A DNA stretch of 64,000 bases from a bacterium (GCA_049970495.1 JBMFMV010000002.1:2485-66484); one strand, 5' to 3'. Counted from the first letter of the stretch, positions 20,091 through 31,639 are shown. Notes: generated from the sequence alone by a model not told the origin. Numbers and translations: made by a program.

Positions 20091-21395
20091 ATGAAAATGA
20101 AAAAGAAGTGGCTAGTAGTAATAATTATATTATTAGGAATTTTTGTAGGGTCCTATCTATTTTTATCTTTTAAAAAGACTGAGAATCCTGCAGTTGCCTC
20201 TGTTGAAACTTACACAGTAACTAGAGGAGATTTACTAGTCTCTGTATCTGGAAGTGGGGTTTTGGAGGCAAAGGATACGGTAGATGTAACTAGTGAGATA
20301 GGAGGAACGGTAATCTGGGTAGCAGAAGAAGGTACGAGGGTAAAAAGGGGAGATGTAGTATGCAAAATAGACTCTCATGATTATGAGATAGCCCTTACAC
20401 AAGCAGAGCTAAACTATAAGAATGCCAGGCTAAAATTAGAACAGGCTAGAATTAATCTGAAAAACCAGAAAAAACAGTTAGAACAGAATATTCTTGATGC
20501 CAAAATAAATAGAGATAACGCATATATAGAGTTTCAAAAAGCCAAGAGACAGTTAGATGATGCTGAGAAACTTTATAAAGCTAATGCTATTACTCTCAAT
20601 GACCTTAAGGCATATAGGGATAGTTATAACAAGGTACTTAATACATATAACCAGGCGGTAGAAAACTTAAGCCTCTTAGAATCCACAAAGGCGGATAAAC
20701 TAGCTCAATTAGAGAGGGATATACTTTTGGCAGAGGCATCCCTTGAACAGGCTAAACTAGATTTAGATAAGGCTAAGCTAAATCTAAGTAAGACTACTAT
20801 TTATTCCCCAATAGATGGGATAGTAGCAGATGTCTCTATAAAGAAGGGTGGGCAAAATATAGCAAAAGAGACAACACTCATGTCTATATTAGATACAAGC
20901 ACTATGAAAATTAAGTTGGAGATAGATGAGACGGATATACCAAAGGTCAAAATAGGACTACCTGTTAGGGTTACATGTGAGGCTTTCCCAGATAGAGAGT
21001 TTCAGGGTAAGGTGACAAATATATCTCCCCGCGCAACTATATCAAATAACATAGCAATATTTAAAGTCCAGGTGGAGATACCAAACCCTACAGGTGAGCT
21101 TAGGGCAGGGATGACTGCAGAAGGAGAGATTATATTAAAAGAAAAGCGTAATGTGCTTTTGGTGCCACTAAAGGCAGTAAAAAGAACCGAGAGAAGGGCT
21201 TATGTAGAAGTATTAAGAGACAATGGAGAAAAGGAATTAGTTAGAGTTACACTAGGGGAAGATGACGGTATAAACGTAGTTGTAGAAAGAGGATTAAACG
21301 AAGGGGACAAGGTAGTACTACCAACTCTAAGTTCAACTACTAGCCCCACTACGACTAGAAATCCTAACCCATCGCCTTTTAGAATCTTCAGGTAA
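20091..21395 (+). CDS. Efflux-pump periplasmic adaptor (HlyD/MacA membrane-fusion family).
   Basis: 434 aa. An N-terminal TM anchor is followed by a long coiled-coil hairpin. Barrel-sandwich and beta-barrel regions follow (PIDGIVADVSIKKG). Confidence 0.8.
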   Translation: MKMKKKWLVVIIILLGIFVGSYLFLSFKKTENPAVASVETYTVTRGDLLVSVSGSGVLEAKDTVDVTSEIGGTVIWVAEEGTRVKRGDVVCKIDSHDYEIALTQAELNYKNARLKLEQARINLKNQKKQLEQNILDAKINRDNAYIEFQKAKRQLDDAEKLYKANAITLNDLKAYRDSYNKVLNTYNQAVENLSLLESTKADKLAQLERDILLAEASLEQAKLDLDKAKLNLSKTTIYSPIDGIVADVSIKKGGQNIAKETTLMSILDTSTMKIKLEIDETDIPKVKIGLPVRVTCEAFPDREFQGKVTNISPRATISNNIAIFKVQVEIPNPTGELRAGMTAEGEIILKEKRNVLLVPLKAVKRTERRAYVEVLRDNGEKELVRVTLGEDDGINVVVERGLNEGDKVVLPTLSSTTSPTTTRNPNPSPFRIFR

Positions 21396-21405
21396 AGGTG
21401 ATAGT

Positions 21406-22632
21406 ATGCTTTTTCTTGAAATATTAAAGATGGCTCTAGACAGTTTCAGACTCAATAAGCTTAGGACGTTTCTTACCGCCTTAGGCATAATGATAGGGGT
21501 AGCAGCAGTTGTAGCCCTTATGGCGTTAGGAGAAGGGACAAAGGTAAGTATAGAAAGACAATTCGCATCACTCGGATCTAATCTTCTTATAGTAAACTCA
21601 GGTAGTAGACAAAGGGGACCAGGTTTAGTAAGATTTGGTCCAGCTAGGCCTACTTTAACTAACAAGGATTATGAAGCTCTTCTAAAAGGACTAGAGAGCA
21701 ATAGCATAATAGCAATAGTACCAGAGAATTCTAGAAATGTGCAGGTCAAGTATCTCGCAACAAATGCGAATGTAAATCTCATTGGGACATCGCCAGAGTA
21801 TGTGGTGATGAGAGATTGGGGGGTTAAGGAAGGAAGTTTCTTCACCGCAAAAGAATATGCAGGTAAAAAGAGGGTAGCTGTTCTCGGTTCTTCTATAGCC
21901 GAGACGCTTTTCGGAAATGATGAGATAATTGGAAAAAAGATTAAGATTAATGGTATAAGCTTTCAGGTTATTGGTGTTATGAAGCCACAAGGACAGGCTG
22001 GCGGTTTTATGAATATGGACGAGATGATACTTATTCCTCTTTCTACCTATCAGCGTAAGATAGAGGGTGGTGATAGGATAAGGACCATATATGTATCTGT
22101 TAAAGATATTAGCCTTATGGATAAAGTTCAAGCTCAGATAGAAGATATCATTAGGAGAAACCACAAGATTACTAATCCAGATAACGATGACTTTAATGTC
22201 CAGAACCAACTTGCATTTATCAATGCGGTATCTTCTGCCACTCAAACAATGACAATGTTCCTAGCTGGTATTGCAGCAATCTCACTTCTAGTTGGTGGTA
22301 TTGGCATTATGAATATCATGCTTGTAAATGTTACAGAGAGGATAAGGGAGATAGGTATAAGAAAGGCTATAGGGGCAAAGGCAAAAGATATACTATTACA
22401 ATTTCTTATGGAGTCTATGCTAGTCTCCATCGCTGGAGGATTAGTAGGGATAGGCTTAGGGATAGGACTAGGAGAAGTGATAAGAAGGTCTGCCAATATA
22501 AGCATGCTGATAACACCTACCCCTATAGTACTTGCATTCTCAGTCTCCGCTGTAGTAGGTATATTCTTTGGTTACTATCCAGCAAAAAGAGCGGCGAATC
22601 TAAATCCTATAGATGCATTGAGATATGAATAG
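21406..22632 (+). CDS. ABC transporter permease with FtsX-like fold (MacB-type).
   Basis: 408 aa. It has an N-terminal TM, a large periplasmic domain and three C-terminal TM helices. The permease motif is MLVNVTERIREIGIRKAIGA. Confidence 0.85.
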   Translation: MLFLEILKMALDSFRLNKLRTFLTALGIMIGVAAVVALMALGEGTKVSIERQFASLGSNLLIVNSGSRQRGPGLVRFGPARPTLTNKDYEALLKGLESNSIIAIVPENSRNVQVKYLATNANVNLIGTSPEYVVMRDWGVKEGSFFTAKEYAGKKRVAVLGSSIAETLFGNDEIIGKKIKINGISFQVIGVMKPQGQAGGFMNMDEMILIPLSTYQRKIEGGDRIRTIYVSVKDISLMDKVQAQIEDIIRRNHKITNPDNDDFNVQNQLAFINAVSSATQTMTMFLAGIAAISLLVGGIGIMNIMLVNVTERIREIGIRKAIGAKAKDILLQFLMESMLVSIAGGLVGIGLGIGLGEVIRRSANISMLITPTPIVLAFSVSAVVGIFFGYYPAKRAANLNPIDALRYE

Positions 22633-22643
22633 GAGGGGTAAAA

Positions 22644-23192
22644 ATGAAAATATACCCAAAAACTATAAGTATAGTTCTCCTGATAACGTTACTTTTATCT
22701 AGTATCGTTTATGCACAACAACAGGGAGTTCCAAGTAGAAGATTTGCAAATCCAGAACTACAACAATTACTAAGGCTCATTCAGGACTTGAATGAATTAG
22801 AGAAAGATAAAAAGCTAGCATTGACCAAAGACCAAGCTAGAAAACTTATTCCCATATTACAAGATCTAATGAGGAAGGAAAGCCTTCCATCTAAAGAGGC
22901 AGAGAAGTTTATTGATAAGATAGAGGGTATCCTTACCGATGCACAGATTACATTCTTAGATAAACTACAGATAGAAAGGCAGGAGAGACTTAGACAATTA
23001 AAGCAACAACAGCAGAGTCAAGGACAACAGGGTCAGATACCTCCTCGGAATATACCTCCCCGAAATGTAGACAAAGATATGGAAAAGGTTATCCAAGGTT
23101 GGATGCAAGGAAAACCCCTAAATCCTTACTACTACGTAAAATCTTTTAAGGATAGACTCAACGAGTTTATAGAAAGGCTAAAGAAGAAATAA
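22644..23192 (+). CDS. Secreted LTXXQ-motif protein (Spy/CpxP-like periplasmic protein).
   Basis: 182 aa with a signal peptide. Two LTxxQ motifs are present (LTKDQ and LTDAQ). The protein is helical and Q-rich. It starts 11 nt after the permease stop, with a GGAGGGG RBS. Confidence 0.5.
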   Translation: MKIYPKTISIVLLITLLLSSIVYAQQQGVPSRRFANPELQQLLRLIQDLNELEKDKKLALTKDQARKLIPILQDLMRKESLPSKEAEKFIDKIEGILTDAQITFLDKLQIERQERLRQLKQQQQSQGQQGQIPPRNIPPRNVDKDMEKVIQGWMQGKPLNPYYYVKSFKDRLNEFIERLKKK

Positions 23193-23196
23193 ACCT

Positions 23197-24936
23197 CTAC
23201 AGTATAAATCCTCTATTTATTTCTTCTAGCTCTCTAGAAACTTCTAAAAGTCTTCCAATATTTGTCTTTATATCTTCTACAGTAGCGGTCATCTCTTCTA
23301 CAGCAGCAGAGACCTCTTCAGACGAAGCTGCGTTTTCCTGTGCTATAGCGGCAACACCTTGAATAGCATCAGATATTCTTCTTCCATCATCAACTAAACT
23401 GATTATTCCAGAGTTTATCTCTTGCACCATTTGACTTATCCTATGATTAGCCTGAGCTATTTTATTAAATGTCTCAGTCACTTCTGTTCCAATTTCTATT
23501 TGGGTAGATATAGTCTTTACTGCCTCATCAGTACTCTGCGCTGCTAATGTTATTCTGTTTCTGATTTCATCTATAAATTGAGAAATTCTTTGGGCACTCT
23601 GATTAGACTCTTCTGCCAATTTCCTAACTTCATCAGCTACTACCGCAAAGCCACGACCAGCCTCTCCAGCCCTTGCCGCCTCTATCGCTGCATTTAAAGC
23701 TAATAGGTTTGTCTGTGAACTTATACTCATTATTGTCTCTACTATACGACCTATTTCTCCAGCAGATTGCTCGAGTTCATTCATTACAGTAACAATAGAG
23801 TTCGTAGCCTGTGTAGTCCTAGAAAAACCCTTATTGAGTTCGTCTACTACCCTTTGCCCATCTTTAGTCAAATCTACTGCACTCTGAGTAGTCTTTTCTA
23901 CTATAGAAACATTTTGAGAAAGTTCTTCTACCTTTTTGCTTATAGTCTCTACAGCGCTAGAAGCAGATGTTACATTGTTTGCAGTTTCTTGAGCTCCACC
24001 GGCAACACCTTGAATTGTACTTGATATTTGCTGCATAGCCATAGACACCTGATCTATACCACTATTTACGCTACTTGCAAGGTTATTTAGCGCTTCTGAA
24101 GATTTTATAGACCTAGATATTATATCTTTTAGACCTCCCAACATCGCATTTACTTCTCTTGCTAACTTACCTATCTCATCATTAGTGATGTTTTCTATAA
24201 TCTTTACGTTTAGATTACCCTTAGATATATTGGTTACTATATTAAGTAAACCATCTATCGGCTTTACTATTCCCTCAGCTATTAATATACCTAGAATAAG
24301 TGTAATAGCTAAGACTATAACAAAGATACCAATAAGCACCATAGCTTGACTTCTTAAATATCTTGCCTGCATAGCTGACCATTCTTCAGCACCTTTGTCT
24401 ATTATCTCGCCTATAACATTTAGGTCCTCTCTAGCTATATTAAACTCTTCTTGCCATTTTTTTAACATATCCCCAGAGATGTCCTTTCCTGACTTTACTT
24501 TTTCAATAATTAAGTCCGATGTTCCTTTCCAAGTGTTTAAATGGCTTCCAAATGCAGAATGTATATCAAAGATATTTCTCCCTGAATCATCTTTATATAC
24601 ACTCCATCTATCTCTTGACTTACCCATTGTATCTATCGCCTTAGAAGTTCTTTCTACCACCTGTGATAGGTTCGTAGTATAATCATCTAAAAGATTACTA
24701 CTCGGATTCTTTGAATAGATTATCTCTTGAAGTGCAGTAAGTGCCTGATAAAGGTCTCTATCTGCATTTAACACTAAAGATATACTGGTATAAGCCTCTT
24801 TATAGAGAGACTCTATTAAAGTAGAGGTTGTTCTATTCAAAGTAACATAGGAAAAGATTCCAGTTACCAATATTCCTATTATAGGGATGACTAAGTTTAT
24901 AATCAACTTACTCCTAATAGAAATTCTTTTTAACAT
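23197..24936 (-). CDS. Methyl-accepting chemotaxis protein.
   Basis: 579 aa. Two TM helices flank a sensor region, followed by a HAMP domain. The MCP signalling domain has the highly conserved [54 protein letters not shown]. Confidence 0.85.
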   Translation of the reverse strand: MLKRISIRSKLIINLVIPIIGILVTGIFSYVTLNRTTSTLIESLYKEAYTSISLVLNADRDLYQALTALQEIIYSKNPSSNLLDDYTTNLSQVVERTSKAIDTMGKSRDRWSVYKDDSGRNIFDIHSAFGSHLNTWKGTSDLIIEKVKSGKDISGDMLKKWQEEFNIAREDLNVIGEIIDKGAEEWSAMQARYLRSQAMVLIGIFVIVLAITLILGILIAEGIVKPIDGLLNIVTNISKGNLNVKIIENITNDEIGKLAREVNAMLGGLKDIISRSIKSSEALNNLASSVNSGIDQVSMAMQQISSTIQGVAGGAQETANNVTSASSAVETISKKVEELSQNVSIVEKTTQSAVDLTKDGQRVVDELNKGFSRTTQATNSIVTVMNELEQSAGEIGRIVETIMSISSQTNLLALNAAIEAARAGEAGRGFAVVADEVRKLAEESNQSAQRISQFIDEIRNRITLAAQSTDEAVKTISTQIEIGTEVTETFNKIAQANHRISQMVQEINSGIISLVDDGRRISDAIQGVAAIAQENAASSEEVSAAVEEMTATVEDIKTNIGRLLEVSRELEEINRGFIL

Positions 24937-24954
24937 TTTTCTCTCCCCCTAAAA

Positions 24955-26145
24955 TTATTTAAATTCTCTATGCTTCTCTCTTATTGTATCGGCAAGTCTA
25001 TCTAGTAACTTTAGGTCCTCTCTTTTAGGTAGACCCTTAATTAAAACTGGCTCTAAGATTTCCACCTTTGAATTAGTTATCATGCCCTTAATTATATCTA
25101 TACTCTTTCCTCCCCATCCGTAAGAGCCTATTATAGAGACGTATCTTGTCTTTGGTCTTAAGGCATTAAATAAGTAGACCGCATAAACTACATTAGGATG
25201 AGGTCCAACTAAGACAGTTGGAGTTCCAACTACAACTGTTCCCGCATCAACTAGACTTATTGCCAATTTGCCTAGGTCAACAGAAGATAGGTCAAACCTC
25301 TCCACTTTTATGTCTCTTTCTGTAAGGACAGAAACAAAATAGTCAACCATAACCTTAGTGCTGTTATGCATAGATACATATGGGATTACTACTGTGTTCT
25401 TAGGTATATCTGAAGACCAGTCTTTATAAGCCTCTATTATAAAAATGGGATCATTATATATGGGACCATGACTTGGAGCTATTATAGAGAAATCTAAGTC
25501 TTTAAGTTTCTCTAGATTCTTTTGAATAATATTCCTAAAGGGCATCATTATCTCTGCATAGTATCTCTTAGCAGCCTCATATACCTTTGGCTTATCTACT
25601 GCATATAACTCATTAGTAGCTAGATGTGAACCAAAAAAGTCACAGGTAAATAGAATCTTATCTTCAACTAGATATGTGCACATAGTCTCTGGCCAGTGTA
25701 CCCAAGGGGTATATATAAACTTTAACGTCTTATCTCCTAAAGATAGCGACTCCCCATCCTCTACTGTGATGATTCTATCCTCTGGTACATGTAAGTGGTC
25801 AATAAGCATCTCCCTACCTTTTGTAGAGATTATTACTTTAGCTGAGCTATACTTTTCTAATACTGTTGGGATAGAGCCAGAGTGGTCCTGTTCTACGTGA
25901 TGGCAGACAACATAGTCAATATCTTTTACATCTTTGAGCTGTTCAAGAAGCACACTAGTCATAGCCGGATCAACTGTATCTAATAAAACAGTCTTCTCTG
26001 TTCCTTCAATCAGGTAGGCATTATAACTTGTCCCATCTGGCAAAGGGATTAATGCATCAAAAAGCCTCCTATCCCAATCTATAGCTCCTAAAAAATAGAC
26101 TTTATCTTTTATCAACCTAGATTTCATAAATCTCCCTCCTAACAA
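24955..26145 (-). CDS. Flavodiiron protein (FprA-type O2/NO reductase; MBL plus flavodoxin domains).
   Basis: 396 aa. The N-terminal MBL-like di-iron domain reads HHVEQDHSG. The C-terminal flavodoxin-like domain reads VVIPYVSMHNSTK. Confidence 0.8.
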   Translation of the reverse strand: MLGGRFMKSRLIKDKVYFLGAIDWDRRLFDALIPLPDGTSYNAYLIEGTEKTVLLDTVDPAMTSVLLEQLKDVKDIDYVVCHHVEQDHSGSIPTVLEKYSSAKVIISTKGREMLIDHLHVPEDRIITVEDGESLSLGDKTLKFIYTPWVHWPETMCTYLVEDKILFTCDFFGSHLATNELYAVDKPKVYEAAKRYYAEIMMPFRNIIQKNLEKLKDLDFSIIAPSHGPIYNDPIFIIEAYKDWSSDIPKNTVVIPYVSMHNSTKVMVDYFVSVLTERDIKVERFDLSSVDLGKLAISLVDAGTVVVGTPTVLVGPHPNVVYAVYLFNALRPKTRYVSIIGSYGWGGKSIDIIKGMITNSKVEILEPVLIKGLPKREDLKLLDRLADTIREKHREFK

Positions 26146-26151
26146 ACAATA

Positions 26152-26976
26152 CTATCTTAATCTTGGGTCTAGAAAATCTCTTAAACCATCACCAAGGATA
26201 TTAAAACCTAATACGCTTAGGAGTATAGCTATGCCTGGAAAGGTCACTGTCCAAGGAGCAGAGATTATAAAACTCCTTGCCTGACTTAGCATAGCTCCCC
26301 ATTCTGGAGTTGGAGGTTGGGCACCCATTCCCAAAAACCCCAAGCCAGCAGCACTTAGGATAGAACCACCATAACTAAGTGATGCCTGAACAGTAATTGG
26401 ACCTATTATGTTCGGAAGTATATGCTTGAGTATAATCTTAAGGTTAGACTGACCTAATGCATAAGCAGCCATTACATACTCCTGCTCCTTGATAACCAGA
26501 GCAGAAGCCCTTACTATCCTAGCAAATGTTGGTATATTAACTATACCAACAGCTATCATCGCATTCTTTAGATCTGGACCTAATGCGGCCATAATGGCTA
26601 TGGCAAGCAGAATCGTTGGAAAGGCCAACATAACATCAAATAGCCTCATAAGTAAGGTATCTATAATACCTCCATAGTAAGCAGAAATTAATCCAGCAGA
26701 GGCTCCTACACCTAAAGCTAGAGCTACAGAAATTATCCCAATAGCAAGTGAAATCCTAGCACCATAAATAATTCTAGAGAGGATATCTCTACCCAAATCA
26801 TCCGTACCAAAAAGATGTTTCTTTGATGGTGGTTGAAGCCTATCATAAAGACTCTGTTCGTAAGGGTCATAAGGGGCGATAAAATCGGCAAGGATTGCTA
26901 TAAAGACAAAGAATAAAATTATTAAGAAGCCAACTAGCGCTGCTTTATTCTTAAATACTTTGAAGACTTTCTTCAT
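26152..26976 (-). CDS. Peptide/oligosaccharide ABC transporter permease (DppC/OppC-like).
   Basis: 274 aa with six TM segments. The DppC-type N-terminus is conserved (PYDPYEQSLYDRLQPPSKKHLFGTDDLGRDILSR). Confidence 0.85.
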   Translation of the reverse strand: MKKVFKVFKNKAALVGFLIILFFVFIAILADFIAPYDPYEQSLYDRLQPPSKKHLFGTDDLGRDILSRIIYGARISLAIGIISVALALGVGASAGLISAYYGGIIDTLLMRLFDVMLAFPTILLAIAIMAALGPDLKNAMIAVGIVNIPTFARIVRASALVIKEQEYVMAAYALGQSNLKIILKHILPNIIGPITVQASLSYGGSILSAAGLGFLGMGAQPPTPEWGAMLSQARSFIISAPWTVTFPGIAILLSVLGFNILGDGLRDFLDPRLR

Positions 26977-26987
26977 ATCTTGTCCCC

Positions 26988-27992
26988 CTAATCATATCTT
27001 ATCCTTGGGTCTATAAATGCGTATAGTATATCAACTAATAGATTTATAAATACAAAGATAAGGGCAAAGAATATTATGCAACCCTGAATAACCGGATAGT
27101 CTCTGGCATTTATAGCCTCCACCGAGAGTCTCCCAATACCAGGCCAGGCAAATATAGTCTCGGTAAGAACTGCACCACCAAGAAGACCTCCGAATTGAAG
27201 TCCTATTACAGTCACTACTGGTATCAGGGCATTTCTCAACGCATGAACATATATAACCTTTCTAGCAGGTAGACCCTTAGCCCTTGCAGTTCTTATAAAA
27301 TCTTGATTTAAGACCTCTAACATACTAGAACGGGTCATTCTAGCTATAGAGGCCATAGGGATTGTCCCTAGACATACCGCAGGCAAAATTATATGGTATA
27401 TAGCATTCTTAAAGACACCGAAGTTACCTCTTAATAGAGACTCAAGAATTATAAGTCCACTTTTTGCCTTAAATGTTATCGTGGGGTCAAGCCTTCCTGA
27501 AATAGGAAGTATATGTAACTTTATAGAAAATATAATAATAGCTATCAAACCAAGCCAGAAGATAGGCATAGATATACCTGTTACCGATATTACTGTAGTA
27601 ATGTAATCTATAATAGAGTTTCTGTGGGTAGCAGCAGTAACACCTAAGACTAAACCAACTACTGAACCAAATATCATACTACATAAAGTAAGCTCTAACG
27701 TAGCAGGAAAATACTTAAAGATCTCTATCCTTACTAATTCATTAGTCAAAAATGATCTACCTAAGTCTCCTCTAGCCATATTGTAGAGAAAGTAAAAAAA
27801 CTGAATAACTTTAGGTTTATCTAAGCCTAGTTGTGTCCGAACTTTTTCAACAGACTCTTCATTAGAATGTTCTCCAAGAAGAATTAATGCTGGATCCCCC
27901 GGAATTGACCTTATAAGAAAGAATACAACTGCACTTACCCCTATGATTACCGGTATCAGTATAAGAAGTCTTCTAATTATATACCTATACAA
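26988..27992 (-). CDS. Peptide/oligosaccharide ABC transporter permease (DppB/OppB-like).
   Basis: 334 aa. The BPD_transp_1 fold is present, with the EAA-like region RTARAKGLPARKVIYVHALRNA. Confidence 0.85.
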   Translation of the reverse strand: MYRYIIRRLLILIPVIIGVSAVVFFLIRSIPGDPALILLGEHSNEESVEKVRTQLGLDKPKVIQFFYFLYNMARGDLGRSFLTNELVRIEIFKYFPATLELTLCSMIFGSVVGLVLGVTAATHRNSIIDYITTVISVTGISMPIFWLGLIAIIIFSIKLHILPISGRLDPTITFKAKSGLIILESLLRGNFGVFKNAIYHIILPAVCLGTIPMASIARMTRSSMLEVLNQDFIRTARAKGLPARKVIYVHALRNALIPVVTVIGLQFGGLLGGAVLTETIFAWPGIGRLSVEAINARDYPVIQGCIIFFALIFVFINLLVDILYAFIDPRIRYD

Positions 27993-28059
27993 AAGCCAAC
28001 CTCCTTAAAACTATAAGGGGAGTGAGTCTGATAAACCCACTCCCCGATACTATCTTTAA

Positions 28060-29628
28060 TTACTTATCTAGCCATACTTTTGTAAACTTTATAGCACCTA
28101 TGGCAGGAATAGCAAAGTTCTTTACATACTTTCTTGTAGCTGCTACTGCACTTGTATGGGCTATCGTTACCCAAGGGGCATCCTCTTTTATTATAATCTG
28201 AGCAGCCTCGTAGAGTCTCTTTCTTGCCGGTACAGAAGTTGTCTGCTGTGCCTTTATAAGTAAATCATGAAGTTTGTCATTCTTGTAGAAAGCTATATTA
28301 CTAGCCACACCCTTCTTTGCATTATCTTTATCAAGCAATACATAGATAGTGTTGTCTGGGTCACCGTTATCGGAACCCCAACCAAGTATAGCCATCTCAT
28401 GTTCACCATTTCTTGTCTTCTGCAGATATGTAGCCCAGTCAAAGGTAACTATCTTAGCTTTAATCCCTACCTTTGCTAGATCTGCCTGAATGGCTTCTGC
28501 TACCTTTGTCGGCTGAGGAATATATCCTCTAGGTATCGGAGGAGTCCATAGGGTAGTCTCAAACCCATTCGGATATCCAGCCTTTGCTAATAGCTGTTTT
28601 GCCTTTTCTGGATCGTATTCATAATCTTTTACCTTATCGTTATACCCCATCATATTTGGTGGGATTGGATTCTTAGCCACTATCCCTATACCTTTATAAA
28701 ATGCATCTACTATAGCCTTTTTATTAATCGCATGGTTTATAGCCCTTCTTACCAAGACATTATCAAAGGGCTTCTTCTCTACATTCATAGCTAGATAGCA
28801 TATATTTAATGCGGGAACTTGATAGAAGTTTATGTTTGGGTCAGCCTTTATCGCAGGTATATCGTCTGGGTTTATTCCATCCATCGCATCTATTGTTCCC
28901 CTTTGAAGCTCTAACCAACGAACAGAGTTGTCTGGTATTACTCTAAAGATAAGTTTGTCTAGATATGGTCTTCCACCCCAGTAGTCAGGATTTGCCTCAA
29001 GAACTATCTTATCCTTCGGAACCCATTCCACAAACCTAAACGGACCTGTTCCTACAGGATTCTTAAAGAAGTCTGCTCCATACTTCTTAACAGCGGTAGG
29101 ACTTACTATAGCGCAGGAGAACATTGCTAGGTTAGCCAAGAAGGGGGCAAATGGATACTTAAGTATAAACCTTACAGTATAGTCATCTACAATCTCCACC
29201 TTCTCTAAAGGTTCTAGTGCAAACTCTGCATACTCCCACTTCCCATACTTGTAGTATGGATGGTTCTTGTCAAACTGACGGTCAAAACTAAATTTTACAG
29301 CTTCTGCATTAAATGGAGTTCCATCATGAAATTTTACACCCTTTCTAAGCTTGAATGTCCATACCTTTCCATCTTTAGAGACAGTCCAACTTGTTGCCAA
29401 CACTGGAACTATATCAGTTGTCTCTCCCTTAAATCCAACTAACCCCTCAAAGATAATCTCTGTTACTCTGGTAGACTCACCGTCTGTTATATCTGCAGGG
29501 TCTAATCCTACAGAATCCCCACCTCTACCAAAGATTAATGTTCCACCATACTTTGGAGTCTCTGCCCCGAATGCCAGCGAGCTAAATAAAAGGAAAACTG
29601 CTAGTATTACCCCTATAAACCTTTTCAT
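28060..29628 (-). CDS. ABC transporter substrate-binding protein, family 5 (Opp/Dpp/Nik-type).
   Basis: 522 aa with a signal peptide. It is SBP_bac_5-like (GGTLIFGRGGDSVGLDPA...). No ATPase gene sits in this operon. Confidence 0.85.
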   Translation of the reverse strand: MKRFIGVILAVFLLFSSLAFGAETPKYGGTLIFGRGGDSVGLDPADITDGESTRVTEIIFEGLVGFKGETTDIVPVLATSWTVSKDGKVWTFKLRKGVKFHDGTPFNAEAVKFSFDRQFDKNHPYYKYGKWEYAEFALEPLEKVEIVDDYTVRFILKYPFAPFLANLAMFSCAIVSPTAVKKYGADFFKNPVGTGPFRFVEWVPKDKIVLEANPDYWGGRPYLDKLIFRVIPDNSVRWLELQRGTIDAMDGINPDDIPAIKADPNINFYQVPALNICYLAMNVEKKPFDNVLVRRAINHAINKKAIVDAFYKGIGIVAKNPIPPNMMGYNDKVKDYEYDPEKAKQLLAKAGYPNGFETTLWTPPIPRGYIPQPTKVAEAIQADLAKVGIKAKIVTFDWATYLQKTRNGEHEMAILGWGSDNGDPDNTIYVLLDKDNAKKGVASNIAFYKNDKLHDLLIKAQQTTSVPARKRLYEAAQIIIKEDAPWVTIAHTSAVAATRKYVKNFAIPAIGAIKFTKVWLDK

Positions 29629-29692
29629 CTTTTCACCTCCAGGGATTAAAATTTATTAAATAATAACATCTCATAGCTATAAGTCAATATAC

Positions 29693-31024
29693 CTACACTT
29701 TAAAGTGTTTAAATTGAGGCAGATACTCTTTGTTTGCCTCAAACATTTCATTTACCATATCCCTTATTTCAGCTAAACTGAGCACCGCTGAAGTTAATGG
29801 GTCATAACATACTGCGTGAAATACCTTCATCGGGTCTCCAGTTAATGAGCCTTCTACAGCTAACTCTTCACACATAGAATTTATATAGTTTAAGATTGCT
29901 ATCTGCGGAGGTAGAGAACCAACCTTTATTGGACTAAAACCTCTCTTTGATGCTACTATAGGGACCTCTACACATGCCCCATATGGTAGATTATCTATAA
30001 GTCCAAAATTTCTTACATTACCATTAAATTCAAACATTGTTCCATCGCCTATTATTGCGTTAAATATGTACGCTGCATACTCTTTACCTCTTTTTAGCTC
30101 CACTGGTGCATACTCCAACCAGTACTTTACATCATCTTTCCACGTATCCTCTCTAGCCAGATACTCTTTTAGAATATAGGCATATTCTCCTGGATTCCAT
30201 CCTGTCCCGTGGGTGCAGTACTTCTCTATTAAATCTGGTCTCTTCCTGAACCAAGCATTGTACTCTGAGTTATGCCCACTTGACTCTGTTACATAGTATC
30301 CTAGATGCAAAAACATCTCGTTCCTTACCTGTTCTTCATTGTATATCTCTGGTCTAGTAGTTACCGCCTCTCTTATTAACGGATATGCATCCTTTCCCTT
30401 CCATTTAAACTCTAAAAACCATGCTTGATGGTTTATCCCTGCACAGAAATACGTTATCTCTTCCATCGGCGCTCCTATCCATCTTGCTAGCATCTCCGCT
30501 GTACCCTGTACACTATGACATAACCCTACCACATTTACCTTGCTTACAGTCTGCATAGCCCTACATAACATTGCCATAGGGTTTGTATAGTTTAGAAACA
30601 CTGCATTCGGGGCATACTTCTCTATATCTCTGCATATATCTAACATTACCGGAATAGTCCTTAATGCCCTGAATATGCCTGCCGGACCCCTTGTATCCCC
30701 TACATTGATGTCTACACCATACTTCTTTGGTATCTCTATATCTTTCCTCCATACATTCACACTGTGAGCTAAGATTGTGCATACTACACCATCTGCTCCC
30801 TCCAATGCCTCTATTCTATTCATTGTCGCCTGTATCTTTGCAGGATAATTCCCTGCCTTTATTATCTTTTCTACCGCAGTCTTAGCAAAGTTCAATCTCT
30901 CTTCATCTATATCCATTAGTGCTAGTGTTGCGTCTTGAAATGCTGGAAATGTGAGTAGATCTCTTACCAACGCTCTTGTAAAACCTAGACTCCCTGCACC
31001 TATAAATGTAATTTTTTTAGACAT
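29693..31024 (-). CDS. Glycoside hydrolase family 4 (NAD+/Mn2+-dependent alpha-glucosidase/alpha-galactosidase type).
   Basis: 443 aa. The N-terminus is a Rossmann fold (KITFIGAGS). GH4 signature regions are GLCHSVQGT and NYTNPMAM. Confidence 0.85.
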   Translation of the reverse strand: MSKKITFIGAGSLGFTRALVRDLLTFPAFQDATLALMDIDEERLNFAKTAVEKIIKAGNYPAKIQATMNRIEALEGADGVVCTILAHSVNVWRKDIEIPKKYGVDINVGDTRGPAGIFRALRTIPVMLDICRDIEKYAPNAVFLNYTNPMAMLCRAMQTVSKVNVVGLCHSVQGTAEMLARWIGAPMEEITYFCAGINHQAWFLEFKWKGKDAYPLIREAVTTRPEIYNEEQVRNEMFLHLGYYVTESSGHNSEYNAWFRKRPDLIEKYCTHGTGWNPGEYAYILKEYLAREDTWKDDVKYWLEYAPVELKRGKEYAAYIFNAIIGDGTMFEFNGNVRNFGLIDNLPYGACVEVPIVASKRGFSPIKVGSLPPQIAILNYINSMCEELAVEGSLTGDPMKVFHAVCYDPLTSAVLSLAEIRDMVNEMFEANKEYLPQFKHFKV

Positions 31025-31073
31025 AGAATCACTCCCTTCCTTAAACTGTTTCTTGGATTATACCATAAAATAC

Positions 31074-31553
31074 TTAAGATATACACAATCTCTTTATAAG
31101 TCTAGCAATACGTCTACCATACTCCTTACATGACCCTAATAATCTTTCATCTGGATTACCTACTGAAACAGGGCCATAGTGGTCTCCACCAGGGTTGCCT
31201 TGGATAATCATCCCATGGACTAGTAAAGCTTCTATTATCGAAATTAGAGTAGTCTCATTACCTCCAGCAATACCTCCAGAAGATGTAAAAGCTCCACCTA
31301 CTTTACCTTCTAATTTACCATGAAACTTTACACTCTCATCTAACAACTTTTTAATCTCACCTGCAGGTAGGCCATAGTAAGTTGGAGAACCTAATATTAT
31401 ACCATCATACTCAAGGAGCTCTTCTACCTTTGTCTCTTTTACATCCTTTACTACTACATCAACCCCTTCCTCCCTCATCCCGTCTTCTATACTTAGAGCC
31501 ATCTTTTTAGTATTTCCTGTTCTTGAATAATAAACTATAAGCACTTTAGCCAT
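31074..31553 (-). CDS. Flavodoxin-like fold protein (NAD(P)H:quinone oxidoreductase/WrbA-like or multimeric flavodoxin).
   Basis: 159 aa. Motifs are KVLIVYYSRTGNTKKMA and GIILGSPTYYG. Confidence 0.7.
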   Translation of the reverse strand: MAKVLIVYYSRTGNTKKMALSIEDGMREEGVDVVVKDVKETKVEELLEYDGIILGSPTYYGLPAGEIKKLLDESVKFHGKLEGKVGGAFTSSGGIAGGNETTLISIIEALLVHGMIIQGNPGGDHYGPVSVGNPDERLLGSCKEYGRRIARLIKRLCIS

Positions 31554-31639
31554 AACTCTTAACTCCTCCTATCCAAAAATTTTATGATATAATTCTAACT
31601 TGAAATCCCTAAAAAAATCTATATAACGGAGGCAGAGAA

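Noticed and set aside
21691-22245. 184-aa minus-strand ORF inside the FtsX-like permease gene.
   Set aside because: It is a shadow ORF opposite a motif-bearing permease gene and has no independent support.
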